A program made the position numbers and the translations under genes. Positions 37,271 to 48,839 of a stretch of 64,000 bases of DNA are shown in pieces. The stretch comes from an uncultured Acidobacteriota bacterium (GTDB lineage Bacteria > Acidobacteriota > JAQAZP01), in the NCBI GenBank assembly GCA_963836075.1, contig CAWIIB010000009.1:2496001-2560000 (forward strand), read 5' to 3'. The notes under the pieces are model-generated. The model was given only the letters and a program-made list of their open reading frames with translations, ran no database searches and was not told the DNA's origin. Position 1 is the stretch's first letter. Every line of letters starts with the position of its first letter.

Positions 37271-37900
37271 ATGCTCACCGTAGGCCTCACCGGCGGCATC
37301 GGCAGCGGCAAGTCCGAGGTGGCCGCCGTCCTGCAGGATCTGGGCTGTCAGCTGTTCCACGCCGACCGGATTGCCCACGACCTGCTGTCGCCGGGGACCG
37401 ATCTCCTGCGCCGGGTCACCGATCTTTTCGGTAGAGAGATTCTCAGGGACGACGGGGAACTCGATCGCCAGACCCTGGGGCACCTGGTATTTAACGATGC
37501 CGGTAAACTGCGCCTGCTCAACCGCGAGGTCCACCCGGCGGTTATTGCCGAAGAGGAACGCCTGCTGCGGGACCTGGAGCGGGAGGCCGCGGGAGGCCCC
37601 TGCATCGCCGTGGTGGAGGCGGCGCTGATGGTCGAGGCCGGGACCCACTCCCGCTACCAGCGGCTGGTGGTGGTCCACTGCACGGTGGAGCAGCAGTTGG
37701 AACGGCTGACCGCGGCCCGGGGGCTGAGCCGGGAGGAGGCGGAACAGCGGATCGCCAACCAGTTGCCCAGCCGGCGAAAACTGGACCTGGCCCACTACAC
37801 CATCGACAGTTCAGGCCGTCTGGACGAAACCCGGCAACGGGCCAAAGAGCTTTTTCGTTGCCTGGCCCGTGACGAACGTGAACAGCGGGAAGGGCACTGA
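37271..37900 (+). CDS. coaE: Dephospho-CoA kinase
   Basis: VGLTGGIGSGKS, LDRQTLG, VHPAV, RIANQ. Confidence 0.95.
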   Translation: MLTVGLTGGIGSGKSEVAAVLQDLGCQLFHADRIAHDLLSPGTDLLRRVTDLFGREILRDDGELDRQTLGHLVFNDAGKLRLLNREVHPAVIAEEERLLRDLEREAAGGPCIAVVEAALMVEAGTHSRYQRLVVVHCTVEQQLERLTAARGLSREEAEQRIANQLPSRRKLDLAHYTIDSSGRLDETRQRAKELFRCLARDEREQREGH

Positions 37901-37903
37901 GAT

Positions 37904-39004
37904 ATGTTCAGCTTCACCGTAACGGCAACGGATGGCCCCGCCCGGACCGGCGTGCTGGAGACGGCCCACGGCCGGATCGAAACCCCGGCGTTCTTTCCGG
38001 TGGGGACCCGGGCGGCGGTCAAGGGCCTCCCCTGGTCCATGGTCCGCGACCTGGGGGCCCAGGCAGTGCTCAACAACACCTACCACCTCTACCTGCGCCC
38101 GGGAAGCGACCTGATCCAGCGTCTCGGCGGTCTGCACCGCTTTTCCGGCTGGGACCGGCCCATTGTCACCGACAGCGGGGGATACCAGGTCTTCAGTCTG
38201 GCCCGGCTGCGCAAGATCAGCGAGGAGGGGATCACCTTCCAGTCGCACATCGACGGGTCGAAGCACCTGCTGACCCCCGAGCGGGTGATGGATATCCAGC
38301 AGGAACTGGGGGCGGACATCATCCTCACCCTTGACGAGTGCATCCCCTACCCCTCCACCGCCGAGTACACCCGCCAGGCTACCGAGTTGACCACCCGTTG
38401 GGCGGCCCGCTGCCGGGTCGGGTTCTCCGACACCCCGCAGCAGACCCTCTTCGCCATCGTCCAGGGCGGGATGTACCCCGAGATGCGCACCTGGAGCGCC
38501 CGGTCGCTGGTGGACATCGGGTTTGCCGGCTATGCGGTAGGCGGGCTCAGCGTGGGTGAGCCCAAGTCGCTGATGGCCGAGATGGTGGAGGTTTCGGTGG
38601 CCGCGCTCCCCGTTGGCGCTCCGCGGCACCTGATGGGAGTGGGGTCGCCAGCGGACATCCTGGAGGGGGTAGGCCGGGGCATCGACTATTTCGACTGCGC
38701 CTTTCCCACCCGCAACGCCAGGAACGGATCTCTCTACACCTCCCGGGGCAAGATCAACATCAAGAATGAGCGGTGGAAGGACGACCAGCAGCCGGTCGAT
38801 CCGGAGTGCGGATGCCCCACCTGCCGCCAGTACACCCGGGCCTATCTCCGCCACCTGTACATTGCCGGGGAGATCGGCGCCGCCGTTCTGAACACCGTTC
38901 ACAACCTGGCCTTCTATCTTGACATGATGCGGAAAATAAGGCACTCTATCGCCTCTTGTGAGTTCGCGACGATGAAGACGGAGTTGCTGTCCCGGCTATC
39001 CTGA
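37904..39004 (+). CDS. tgt: tRNA-guanine transglycosylase
   Basis: NTYHLYLRPG, TDSGGYQVFSL, LDEC, IVQGG, GGLSVGE, HLMGVG, FDCAFPTR, CGCPTC...H Zn site. Confidence 0.97.
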   Translation: MFSFTVTATDGPARTGVLETAHGRIETPAFFPVGTRAAVKGLPWSMVRDLGAQAVLNNTYHLYLRPGSDLIQRLGGLHRFSGWDRPIVTDSGGYQVFSLARLRKISEEGITFQSHIDGSKHLLTPERVMDIQQELGADIILTLDECIPYPSTAEYTRQATELTTRWAARCRVGFSDTPQQTLFAIVQGGMYPEMRTWSARSLVDIGFAGYAVGGLSVGEPKSLMAEMVEVSVAALPVGAPRHLMGVGSPADILEGVGRGIDYFDCAFPTRNARNGSLYTSRGKINIKNERWKDDQQPVDPECGCPTCRQYTRAYLRHLYIAGEIGAAVLNTVHNLAFYLDMMRKIRHSIASCEFATMKTELLSRLS

Positions 39005-39056
39005 ACAGGTTGTTTGGTTTACAGGCGACAGGGCGTCCGGGAATGGGAGGTGTGTT

Positions 39057-39389
39057 GTGCAGTACGCCAGCTGGTTGACCGTGGCGCTGATGGCGGACGG
39101 TGAAGGTCAGTCCGGAGGCCTGATGGGCCTCTTCCCGCTGCTGGTCATTTTCGCGCTCTTCTATTTCATTCTCATCGCCCCCATGCGCAAGAAGCAGAAG
39201 GCCTTGACGCGGATGATCAGCGAGCTGAAAAACGGCGACAAGGTGATCACCAACGGCGGTATCCACGGCACCGTGATGGGTGTCGGTGAACAGGTGATCC
39301 AGCTGCGCGTGGCGGACCAGGTGAAAATCGAAATTTCCAAGAGCGCCGTGGCCGGCATGCAGGCCGAACCCGGGGAGGAAAAGAGCTGA
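39057..39389 (+). CDS. yajC: Preprotein translocase subunit YajC
   Basis: FYFILIAPMRKKQK, LKNGDKVITNGGIHG. Confidence 0.95.
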   Translation: MQYASWLTVALMADGEGQSGGLMGLFPLLVIFALFYFILIAPMRKKQKALTRMISELKNGDKVITNGGIHGTVMGVGEQVIQLRVADQVKIEISKSAVAGMQAEPGEEKS

Positions 39390-39533
39390 ACGGTTTCGGG
39401 GCCCCGGCGTCCGGCCTCGTCCAGATACCCTCCGGAACCCCGCCCCAACCCTCCCCATTTCCGGCATCCGGAAGCGATTCCGGCCGCCGGTATTCTTCTC
39501 GACTTTGGATGACACAGGCGAGGATGTAAAGCG

Positions 39534-41105
39534 ATGCAAAAGGAGTTGCGCTGGAAGGTTCTGCTTGTAGTGGTGTTGACGGCCATTTTCGCCTGGTTCA
39601 TTTATCCACCGGAAACCCAGATCCGGCGGGGCCTTGACCTGGAAGGCGGAATCCACCTTGTGCTGCGGGTCAAGGTGGCCGATGCGGTGCGGGCCGAAAT
39701 CAGCGATGCCGCACAGCGGATGAAGGACCGGTTACGTGAGGAGAAGATCCGTTTCCGGCGGGTGGCGCCGGTGGAAGGCGAGAACGCCTTCCAGGTGATG
39801 GGCATCCCCGCCGATCGGCAGGGTGATGTGCAGGAGATCGCCGACGGCTGGTTCACCCGTTTTGAAAGCTCCCAGGGCGACCCCTGGATGTTTGTCCTGC
39901 GCGACGGCGCGGTGCGCGAGTTCGAGGAACTGGCCATCCAGCAGTCCAAGGAGACCATTGAGAACCGGATCAACCAGTACGGCCTCAGCGAACCGGTGGT
40001 CCAGGTCCAGGGCGGCAACCGGATTCTGGTCCAGATCCCCGGCGTGGACGACCCCTCGCGGGTGAAGAACCTGGTCCAGCAGGCGGCCTTCCTCGAACTG
40101 CGCAAGGTGGAGGGACAGAGCGCCGGCAGCGAGGACGCGCTGCGCCAGCAGTTTGGCGGCAGCTTCCCGCCGGACTCCGAAACGGTGACCGAAGAGGAAC
40201 TGGACCGCGAGACCGGAAACAAGTACATCCGCTACTACCGGGTGGAAAAGTCCCCGATCATCACCGGCCGCGACCTGCGCAACGCCCGCACCGGACAGGA
40301 TGACAAGGGGCTGCCCGCGGTCCTCTTCTACCTCAAGCCAGACGGGTCCCGCCGGTTCGAACGGGCGACCAAGGAGATCATCGATTCCGGCCAGCGCCAG
40401 CAGATCGCCATCATCCTCGACGGGCAGGTGAAGTCGGCCCCGGTGGTGAACAGCGTGATCAGCGGCAACGGGATCATCGAGGGCAGCTTCACCCAGCAGG
40501 AGGCCCAGGACCTGGCCCTGGTCCTGCGCGCCGGCGCCCTGCCGGCCGGCATGGAGCCGCTGGAGGAGCGGACCGTGGGTCCCTCCCTGGGCATCGACTC
40601 CATCCGCCAGGGCATCATGGCCGCTCTGATCGGCCTGGCCCTGGTGATCATCTTCATGGTGGTCTACTACAACCTGTCCGGGCTCAATGCCGTGGTGGCC
40701 CTGCTGCTCAACATCCTGCTGGTGATCGGGGCGATGGCCATGCTCAAGGCCCACCTGACCCTGCCGGGCATCGCGGGGATCATTCTCACCATCGGTATGG
40801 CGGTTGATGCCAACGTGCTGATCTTCGAGAGGATTCGCGAGGAACTGCGGCTGGGCAAGACCGCCCGCTCGGCCATCACCGGGGGGTTCGGCAAGGCCTT
40901 CTGGACCATTTTCGACGCCAACATCACCACCTTGATCGCGGCGGTCTTCCTGTTCCAGTTCGGCACCGGCCCGATCAAGGGGTTTGCCATCACCCTCAGC
41001 ATCGGCATCCTGGCCAGTATGTTCACGGCAATATTCGTCTCGCGGATCATCTTCGAGCTGATCCTCGGGCGTTCGGGCGGCCGCACACAGAAACTCAGTA
41101 TCTGA
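39534..41105 (+). CDS. secD: Protein translocase subunit SecD
   Basis: GLDLEGG, IENRINQYGLSEP, LRAGALPA, VGPSLG, IGMAVDANVLIFERIREE, DANITT. Confidence 0.97.
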   Translation: MQKELRWKVLLVVVLTAIFAWFIYPPETQIRRGLDLEGGIHLVLRVKVADAVRAEISDAAQRMKDRLREEKIRFRRVAPVEGENAFQVMGIPADRQGDVQEIADGWFTRFESSQGDPWMFVLRDGAVREFEELAIQQSKETIENRINQYGLSEPVVQVQGGNRILVQIPGVDDPSRVKNLVQQAAFLELRKVEGQSAGSEDALRQQFGGSFPPDSETVTEEELDRETGNKYIRYYRVEKSPIITGRDLRNARTGQDDKGLPAVLFYLKPDGSRRFERATKEIIDSGQRQQIAIILDGQVKSAPVVNSVISGNGIIEGSFTQQEAQDLALVLRAGALPAGMEPLEERTVGPSLGIDSIRQGIMAALIGLALVIIFMVVYYNLSGLNAVVALLLNILLVIGAMAMLKAHLTLPGIAGIILTIGMAVDANVLIFERIREELRLGKTARSAITGGFGKAFWTIFDANITTLIAAVFLFQFGTGPIKGFAITLSIGILASMFTAIFVSRIIFELILGRSGGRTQKLSI

Positions 41106-41136
41106 CGGGCTCCTCACCGGAGGGAGATCAAGTTCC

Positions 41137-42480
41137 ATGCAGCTGATCAAGGATACAAATATCGATTTCCTCGGCAAGCGATACATTGCGCTTGTCATCT
41201 CCACCATCCTCATCGTCGCCGGCATCGTTTCGCTGGTGACCAAGGGCGGCCCGAACTACGGCATCGATTTTGCCGGAGGAACCGAGGTGCGCGTGCGTTT
41301 CGCCGCCGCGCCCGATGTCTCCCGGATGCGCGAGACCCTCTCCGGTCTCGGGTTGGGCGAGGTGGTCATCCAGACCTTCAGCAGCGGTGAAGGGATCCAC
41401 GAGATCCTGATCCGGGTGGAGAAGATCGAGGAGAATCTCGAGGAGGACGGCGGTGAGGGCGGGCACATCGCCGCCGCCATCATCGACGCCCTGCGCAGCG
41501 ACGAGGAGAAGAGCCTTCTGGACCAGGGGTTGGTGGACCTCAACCAGTCGGGTCGTGACACGGTGAACTCGCTGCTCCTCAGCTCCTTCTCCGCCGAGGG
41601 TGAGGAACCGGCCGCCGCGGAGGAGCCGGTGGTTGCGGAGGAACCGGCTGCCGCTCCGCAGGATGCGGCCGACGAGGAGGCGACGGCGGAATCGGATCCC
41701 TCGAGCCTGCTCTACACCGCCGACGACCTGGCGCTGGAAGAGAGCGGAACGGAACTGGTGACCGGTTCGAAATCGGCCCGCGAGCTGGCCGCGGCGATCA
41801 TCGACCACCGCGACCACACCGGCGGCCTGCTCACCTCCCTCGACGAGCTGCGGGCGATCCCCGGGATGAGCGAGCGGGCCATGCGGGCCCTGGAGGAAAG
41901 AGCGTTCATGGGGCCGTTTGCCGTGGTGGGGGTGGACTTTGTCGGCCCCACCGTGGGCTATGACCTGCGGGGCAAGGCGATCCAGGCCATCGTCTGGAGC
42001 CTCATCGGCATCCTGGCCTACATCACCTTCCGCTTCAAGTTCCACTGGGGCATCGGCGCGGTGGCGGCGCTGTTCCACGACGTGATGATAACGGTGGGCA
42101 TTTTCTCCATCTTCAACAAAGAGTTCAACCTCACCGTGATCGCGGGGTTGTTGACCATTGTCGGCTACTCGCTCAATGACACCATCGTTGTTTTTGACCG
42201 GATACGGGACAATCTCAAGGCGATGCGCCGCAGCCCGTTCCCCGACATCGTCAACACCAGCATCAACCAGACCCTCAGCCGGACCCTGCTCACCTCGTTG
42301 ACCACCATGCTGGTGGTGCTCTCGCTGCTCTTTCTCGGCGGGCAGGTGATCCACAATTTTGCTTTTGCCCTGATGGTGGGTGTGATCACCGGCACCTACT
42401 CCTCGATCTTTGTCGCCAGCCCGATTCTGGCGTTCTGGCAAAAGGTCCTCGACAAGCGCTCCCGCCCCGGGAACAAGTAG
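41137..42480 (+). CDS. secF: Protein translocase subunit SecF with an inserted HhH (ComEA-like) domain and acidic linker
   Basis: GIDFAGG, VGPTVG, ALFHDV, GYSLNDTIVVFDRIR, TLSRT, GTYSSIF; about 130-aa insertion in the periplasmic region. Confidence 0.95.
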   Translation: MQLIKDTNIDFLGKRYIALVISTILIVAGIVSLVTKGGPNYGIDFAGGTEVRVRFAAAPDVSRMRETLSGLGLGEVVIQTFSSGEGIHEILIRVEKIEENLEEDGGEGGHIAAAIIDALRSDEEKSLLDQGLVDLNQSGRDTVNSLLLSSFSAEGEEPAAAEEPVVAEEPAAAPQDAADEEATAESDPSSLLYTADDLALEESGTELVTGSKSARELAAAIIDHRDHTGGLLTSLDELRAIPGMSERAMRALEERAFMGPFAVVGVDFVGPTVGYDLRGKAIQAIVWSLIGILAYITFRFKFHWGIGAVAALFHDVMITVGIFSIFNKEFNLTVIAGLLTIVGYSLNDTIVVFDRIRDNLKAMRRSPFPDIVNTSINQTLSRTLLTSLTTMLVVLSLLFLGGQVIHNFAFALMVGVITGTYSSIFVASPILAFWQKVLDKRSRPGNK

Positions 42481-42505
42481 TTCCGGACACCATGGGACAC
42501 CGGCC

Positions 42506-42536
42506 GGCAACGCCCCGGACATTCCGGGGCGTTGCC
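42506..42536 (+). terminator. 14-bp perfect hairpin after secF
   Basis: GGCAACGCCCCGGA-CAT-TCCGGGGCGTTGCC; no U-tract; its 3' arm overlaps a possible rel promoter (TTGCCA-18-TATATT). Confidence 0.5.
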
Positions 42537-42625
42537 ATGTCGGGGCGCGGGGCCCTATATTAGTTTCCATGTGTTGATGCGCCCGGGCCCGGCCGGGGTG
42601 CCGCTGCGGGCGGCGGGGAGCGGTC

Positions 42626-44800
<2,175 letters not shown>

Positions 44801-44819
44801 TGAAAATGCGCCCCTGCTC

Positions 44820-44848
44820 TTGACAAATCCGGTCCATTGACCTAATCT
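44820..44848 (+). promoter_or_regulatory. sigma70-type promoter upstream of the ridA leader
   Basis: TTGACA-17 nt-TAATCT. Confidence 0.7.
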
Positions 44849-44885
44849 TTTACGCAAGCAGTACCACTTATTACAGTATCAGGGG

Positions 44886-45021
44886 TGAACGCAAGCGGCG
44901 TGACCGGTGCCGGGCGTACGGTTCTGGCGCGCACTTCCTCCCGTCCCGGGAGGCGATGAGGTGAACGTGCAACCGGGAGTCTGGCAACCCCACGCCGCGA
45001 CCGGTCGTTAATGATTGTTCA
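44886..45021 (+). ncRNA. Structured RNA candidate (riboswitch-like leader or sRNA), class unassigned
   Basis: Nested helices TGAAC/GTTCA, GCGGCGTG/CACGCCGC, GCCGGGC/GTCTGGC, CGGTT/AACCG, CACTTC/GAGGTG and CTCCCG/CGGGAG, lying between a promoter and a terminator. Confidence 0.55.
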
Positions 45022-45045
45022 GGCCGCCACCAGGGCGGCTTTTTG
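45022..45045 (+). terminator. Intrinsic terminator upstream of ridA
   Basis: GGCCGCC-ACCAG-GGCGGCT followed by TTTTG. Confidence 0.75.
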
Positions 45046-45103
45046 TTTGGCCGGCGGTCGTTCGGAGGGACGGAGCCGGCGAACAGGAAAGTGAAAAGAG
45101 CAG

Positions 45104-45505
45104 ATGGAACGACAGGCCGTACAGACTGAACGGGCACCCCAGGCCATCGGGCCTTACTCCCAGGCGGTTCGCGCCGGATCACTGCTCTTTTTGTCCGGCC
45201 AGATCGGCCTGGACCCGGACAGCGGCCAGATGGCCGGCGGGGGCGTGGCCGCGCAGATGCACCAGGTGCTGAAGAATATCGCCGCGGTGCTCGAGGCGGG
45301 CGGTTCCGGAATTGACCGGGTGGTCAAGTCCACGATCTACCTGCGCCGGATGACCGACTTTCCCGAGGTCAACGCGATCTACGGCGAGGCCTTCCAGCCG
45401 CCGTATCCCGCGCGGGCCACGGTGGCGGCTGCCGGACTGCCGCTGGATGCCGAGGTGGAGATGGATGTGATCGCCATCGCGGACAGCTCGGTGGCGCAGG
45501 AATAG
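45104..45505 (+). CDS. ridA: RidA/YjgF/UK114 enamine-imine deaminase
   Basis: APQAIGPYSQA, LSGQI, FPEVNAIY, YPARAT, VEMDVIA. Confidence 0.95.
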   Translation: MERQAVQTERAPQAIGPYSQAVRAGSLLFLSGQIGLDPDSGQMAGGGVAAQMHQVLKNIAAVLEAGGSGIDRVVKSTIYLRRMTDFPEVNAIYGEAFQPPYPARATVAAAGLPLDAEVEMDVIAIADSSVAQE

Positions 45506-45587
45506 TGGCGATCAAATGACGGAGACGGAGAAGACCCAGGTGAAACGGAAGGACATGCAGCGGTGGGTCGGGGGCCAGGGAAGGACG

Positions 45588-45779
45588 TCAGACGGCCTTC
45601 TGGATTTTTCCCGAACGAATGCACCGGGTGCACACCTTCATCCGGCGGGTGCTTCCGTTGACGTTCACTTTGATCCGCTGCAGGTTGGGATTCCAGCGGC
45701 GGTTGGTCACGTTGTGGGCGTGGCTCACGTTGTGGCCGAACATCGGTTTCTTTCCACAGACTTCGCAAACTCGGGCCAT
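45588..45779 (-). CDS. rpmB: 50S ribosomal protein L28 (Zn-ribbon type)
   Basis: [10 protein letters not shown]...[15 protein letters not shown]...[10 protein letters not shown]. Confidence 0.97.
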   Translation of the reverse strand: MARVCEVCGKKPMFGHNVSHAHNVTNRRWNPNLQRIKVNVNGSTRRMKVCTRCIRSGKIQKAV

Positions 45780-45896
45780 GATCCTGCTCCTCGAATCAAA
45801 TTCTCCTCACTGTCAAAACAAGATGCGCAATCTAGCACAACCGGGTGGGCCAAATCAAGTCCGCAACCAGGGGGAGCGGCGGGGCCATTTTTTCGT

Positions 45897-45925
45897 CTCA
45901 ACCGCCGCGGCGCGAATGCCGATAA
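45897..45925 (+). promoter_or_regulatory. sigma28 (FliA/WhiG)-like promoter upstream of pilM
   Basis: CTCAAC-N15-GCCGATAA, about 150 nt before the pilM start. Confidence 0.55.
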
Positions 45926-46074
45926 AGAGGGCCATGCAGCACAGTTCGCGGTGCGCCCGAGGCACGAAAACCGAAATACAAGATCTGAGAGGCGTCCGCC
46001 GGCCGTCCGGGGCGGCCGTCCCGGTGCAGTTCCGGTGGCGGCTCGGGCCTTTCTGAACAAAACGGGGGACTTCC

Positions 46075-47142
46075 GTGCTTAGCAAAAGAGGAAAACGTCT
46101 GGTGGGGCTGGATATTGGTTCCGACTCCATTAAGGTCGTCCAGTTGAAACCCCTGGGCAAGGGAGGATCCTATCAACTGGTCGGCTTTGGTATGGAGCCG
46201 CTTCCCCCCGAGGCCATCGTCGATGGATCGATCCTCGACTCGGGCACTGTGGCGGAGGCGATCCAGCGGGTATTCGGCGAGAACAAGATCCGGTTGGGCG
46301 ATGTGGCCATCTCCCTCTCCGGCCACTCGGTGATCATCAAGAAGATCAATCTTCCCTCGATGAGCCCCGAGGAACTGGCCGAGTCGATCCAGTGGGAGGC
46401 CGAGCAGTACATCCCCTTCGACATTGCCGATGTCAACATGGACTACCAGGTGCTGAAGAGCCAGTCCAAGGAGGGCCAGGACGTGATGGACGTCCTGCTG
46501 GTGGCGGTGAAGAAGGACAAGATCAACGACTACCTCAGCGTGGTCGGCGAGGCGGGCAAGACCACCACCGTGGTTGACGTCGACGTCTTCGCCCTGCTCA
46601 ACGCCTACGAGGCCAACTACACGCCCGAGCGGGACAAGGCGGTGGCACTGGTCAACATTGGTTCGGCGGTGACCAATATCGGTATCGTCGAGGACGGTCA
46701 GGCCGTCTTCTGGCGGGACGTCACCGTGGGCGGGTCGCTCTATTCCGAGGCCATTCAGCGGGAACTGGGTTTGAGCTACGACCAGGCGGAGAGCCTCAAG
46801 CGGGGGGTCCAGGTGGAGGGCGTCTCCCTGCACTCCGCCGTTCCGGTGCTGCAGTCGGTGTCCGAGGAGATCGGCGCCGAGGTGGAAAAGACACTCAACT
46901 TCTTCAAAACCACCTCGTCATGCGAGCGGATCGACAAGATCTACCTCAGCGGCGGTGCGGCACGGACGATCAACCTCGATCAGTATCTGGGCGAGCGGTT
47001 CAACACCGAGGTGGATTTCCTCAACCCCTTCCGGGAGGTGAAATTCACCCCGAAACAGTTTGACGGCGATTACCTGGAGGAGGTTGCCCCCAGCGCCGCC
47101 GTCGCCATGGGGCTGGCTCTGAGAAAGGCTGGAGATAAATGA
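46075..47142 (+). CDS. pilM: Type IV pilus assembly protein PilM
   Basis: VGLDIGSDSIK, EAEQYIPF, DVLLVAVKK, LSGG, NPF, AMGLALR. Confidence 0.96.
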   Translation: MLSKRGKRLVGLDIGSDSIKVVQLKPLGKGGSYQLVGFGMEPLPPEAIVDGSILDSGTVAEAIQRVFGENKIRLGDVAISLSGHSVIIKKINLPSMSPEELAESIQWEAEQYIPFDIADVNMDYQVLKSQSKEGQDVMDVLLVAVKKDKINDYLSVVGEAGKTTTVVDVDVFALLNAYEANYTPERDKAVALVNIGSAVTNIGIVEDGQAVFWRDVTVGGSLYSEAIQRELGLSYDQAESLKRGVQVEGVSLHSAVPVLQSVSEEIGAEVEKTLNFFKTTSSCERIDKIYLSGGAARTINLDQYLGERFNTEVDFLNPFREVKFTPKQFDGDYLEEVAPSAAVAMGLALRKAGDK

Positions 47143-47690
47143 TCAAGATCAACCTGCTCACGGAGAAGATCACGACCGCGCGGGCCTCCACCAGGGCGCC
47201 CGGCTCCGCCAGCCGGAATCTGATCTTCGCAATCATCGGTGTGCTCACCCTGGCGTACATCGGCTGGCAGTGGTACTCGTACAACTCCACGCTGAGCAAG
47301 CTGGATACCGACATCGCCCAGGCGCGGGAAGAGAAAGAGCGACTGCAGAAAATCATCCGGCAGGTGGAGGAGTTCGACGCCAAAAAGCAGGAACTGAGCC
47401 AGAAGATCGACATCATCAGCGATCTGAAGAAAAAGCAGTCCGGGCCGGTGCACCTGCTGGACGAAGTGAGCAAAGCGCTGCCCAACCTGGTCTGGCTCAC
47501 CTCCATCATCGAACGGGGCGACCGGATAGCGGTGGACGGCGAATCGATAACCTACAACGCGGTGGCCGACTTTATCGAAAACCTGCGGCGCTCGCAGTAT
47601 GTGGACGCGCCTGACCTGGCCAATTCGATAGAGCAGGGGGGGACCGTGGCCTTCAACGTCACGTTCCGCTTCCGGCAGCCCGGGGAGTAA
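47139..47690 (+). CDS. pilN: Type IV pilus assembly protein PilN
   Basis: MIKINLL motif, TM segment, coiled coil, LPNLVWLTSI. Confidence 0.93.
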   Translation: MIKINLLTEKITTARASTRAPGSASRNLIFAIIGVLTLAYIGWQWYSYNSTLSKLDTDIAQAREEKERLQKIIRQVEEFDAKKQELSQKIDIISDLKKKQSGPVHLLDEVSKALPNLVWLTSIIERGDRIAVDGESITYNAVADFIENLRRSQYVDAPDLANSIEQGGTVAFNVTFRFRQPGE

Positions 47691-47695
47691 ACAGG

Positions 47696-48253
47696 ATGGA
47701 ATCATTAAAGAATATGTCGCCCGGTGTCCAGTTCGCTGTGGTGCTGGGCGTCTGCGCCACCCTGCTCCTCATCTGCTGGTGGATGCTCTTCAAGGGCCAG
47801 AAGGCGGAGATCGAGACCAAGCAGGCGGAGCTGGAGTCGCTGCAGTTGGAGATCAACAAAGCCAATTCGCTGAAAAAACAGCTCCAGGAATTCGAGGTCG
47901 AACTGGTGGCGCTGCAGCGCAAGCTCGACACGCTGGTCAAGATCCTGCCGGCGGAGAAGGACGTGGAGGTGCTCATCCGACGGGTGGAGAACCAGGCCCG
48001 GCAGTCGAACCTGGTGGTCAAGCAGTTCGATCCCCAGGAGATCGTGAGCCACGATTTCTATGCCGATTGGCCAATCAGTATCAGTCTCCAGGGCAGCTAC
48101 CACAACCTGGCCCTGTTCTACGACCGGATCAGCCGATTCGACAGGATTATCAATGTCACCGGCCTGAACATGCAGGCCTTGAAGGAGCGTGCTTCTCCCT
48201 CGCACACGGTGTCGGCCCAGTTCATGGCCACCACCTTCGTGTTTCTCGATTAG
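47696..48253 (+). CDS. pilO: Type IV pilus assembly protein PilO
   Basis: TM segment plus coiled coil, LPAEKDV, GSYHNLALF, RIINV. Confidence 0.93.
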   Translation: MESLKNMSPGVQFAVVLGVCATLLLICWWMLFKGQKAEIETKQAELESLQLEINKANSLKKQLQEFEVELVALQRKLDTLVKILPAEKDVEVLIRRVENQARQSNLVVKQFDPQEIVSHDFYADWPISISLQGSYHNLALFYDRISRFDRIINVTGLNMQALKERASPSHTVSAQFMATTFVFLD

Positions 48254-48305
48254 GGGGATCCACTCAACATCCGGCCCGGTTTACCGGGCAGGCCTGGGGG
48301 ATAAC

Positions 48306-48839
48306 ATGGTGCTTCGAAAAAAATCAGGTGGGTTTGCAACACTCTTCATTGCCTCCCTGGCCCTGTTGTCGGTCCTCGGCTTCTGCTGGCCGCTGGCCGC
48401 CCAGGAGGGAGAGGCGGAGGCGCCTCCGGCCGTGGAAGAGCCCGAGGCGGCGCTGGAACCGGCCGCCGAACCGGTGGTGGAGAACCAGGCGCCTTACGCC
48501 TACAACGTTGCCGGCAGGCGGGACCCTTTCAAGTCCCTCCTCGAGCGGAATACCGATGCCGGAACCAAGCGGCCGGAAGGTCTGCCGGGGGTCGCAATTT
48601 CGGAAATCGACGTGCTGGGTGTGGTGGGCCGGTCCGACGGCTCATACGTGGCGATCATCAAGGGCGCCAGCAATGAATCGTTTACCATTCGCGCGGGCGA
48701 CCGTCTCTTCGACGGCGAAGTGATGGAGATCCAGACGGACCGTGTTCTGTTCCGCCAACGGATCAACGACCCCACGCTGCCGAGAAACTTCAGAGAAATC
48801 AGTATCCTGCTGAACCCCGACGAGGAGGGCAATCGATGA
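48306..48839 (+). CDS. pilP: Type IV pilus assembly protein PilP-like
   Basis: Signal peptide, YNVAGRRDPFKSL motif, position between pilO and pilQ. Confidence 0.85.
   Translation: MVLRKKSGGFATLFIASLALLSVLGFCWPLAAQEGEAEAPPAVEEPEAALEPAAEPVVENQAPYAYNVAGRRDPFKSLLERNTDAGTKRPEGLPGVAISEIDVLGVVGRSDGSYVAIIKGASNESFTIRAGDRLFDGEVMEIQTDRVLFRQRINDPTLPRNFREISILLNPDEEGNR

Noticed and set aside
45930-46074. Possible GEMM-I (c-di-GMP/cGAMP) riboswitch or sigma54 site before pilM
   Set aside because: No GNAAA-tetraloop P2 with the CGCAAAGC junction; GGCACG at ~45961 lacks the TTGC -12 element.
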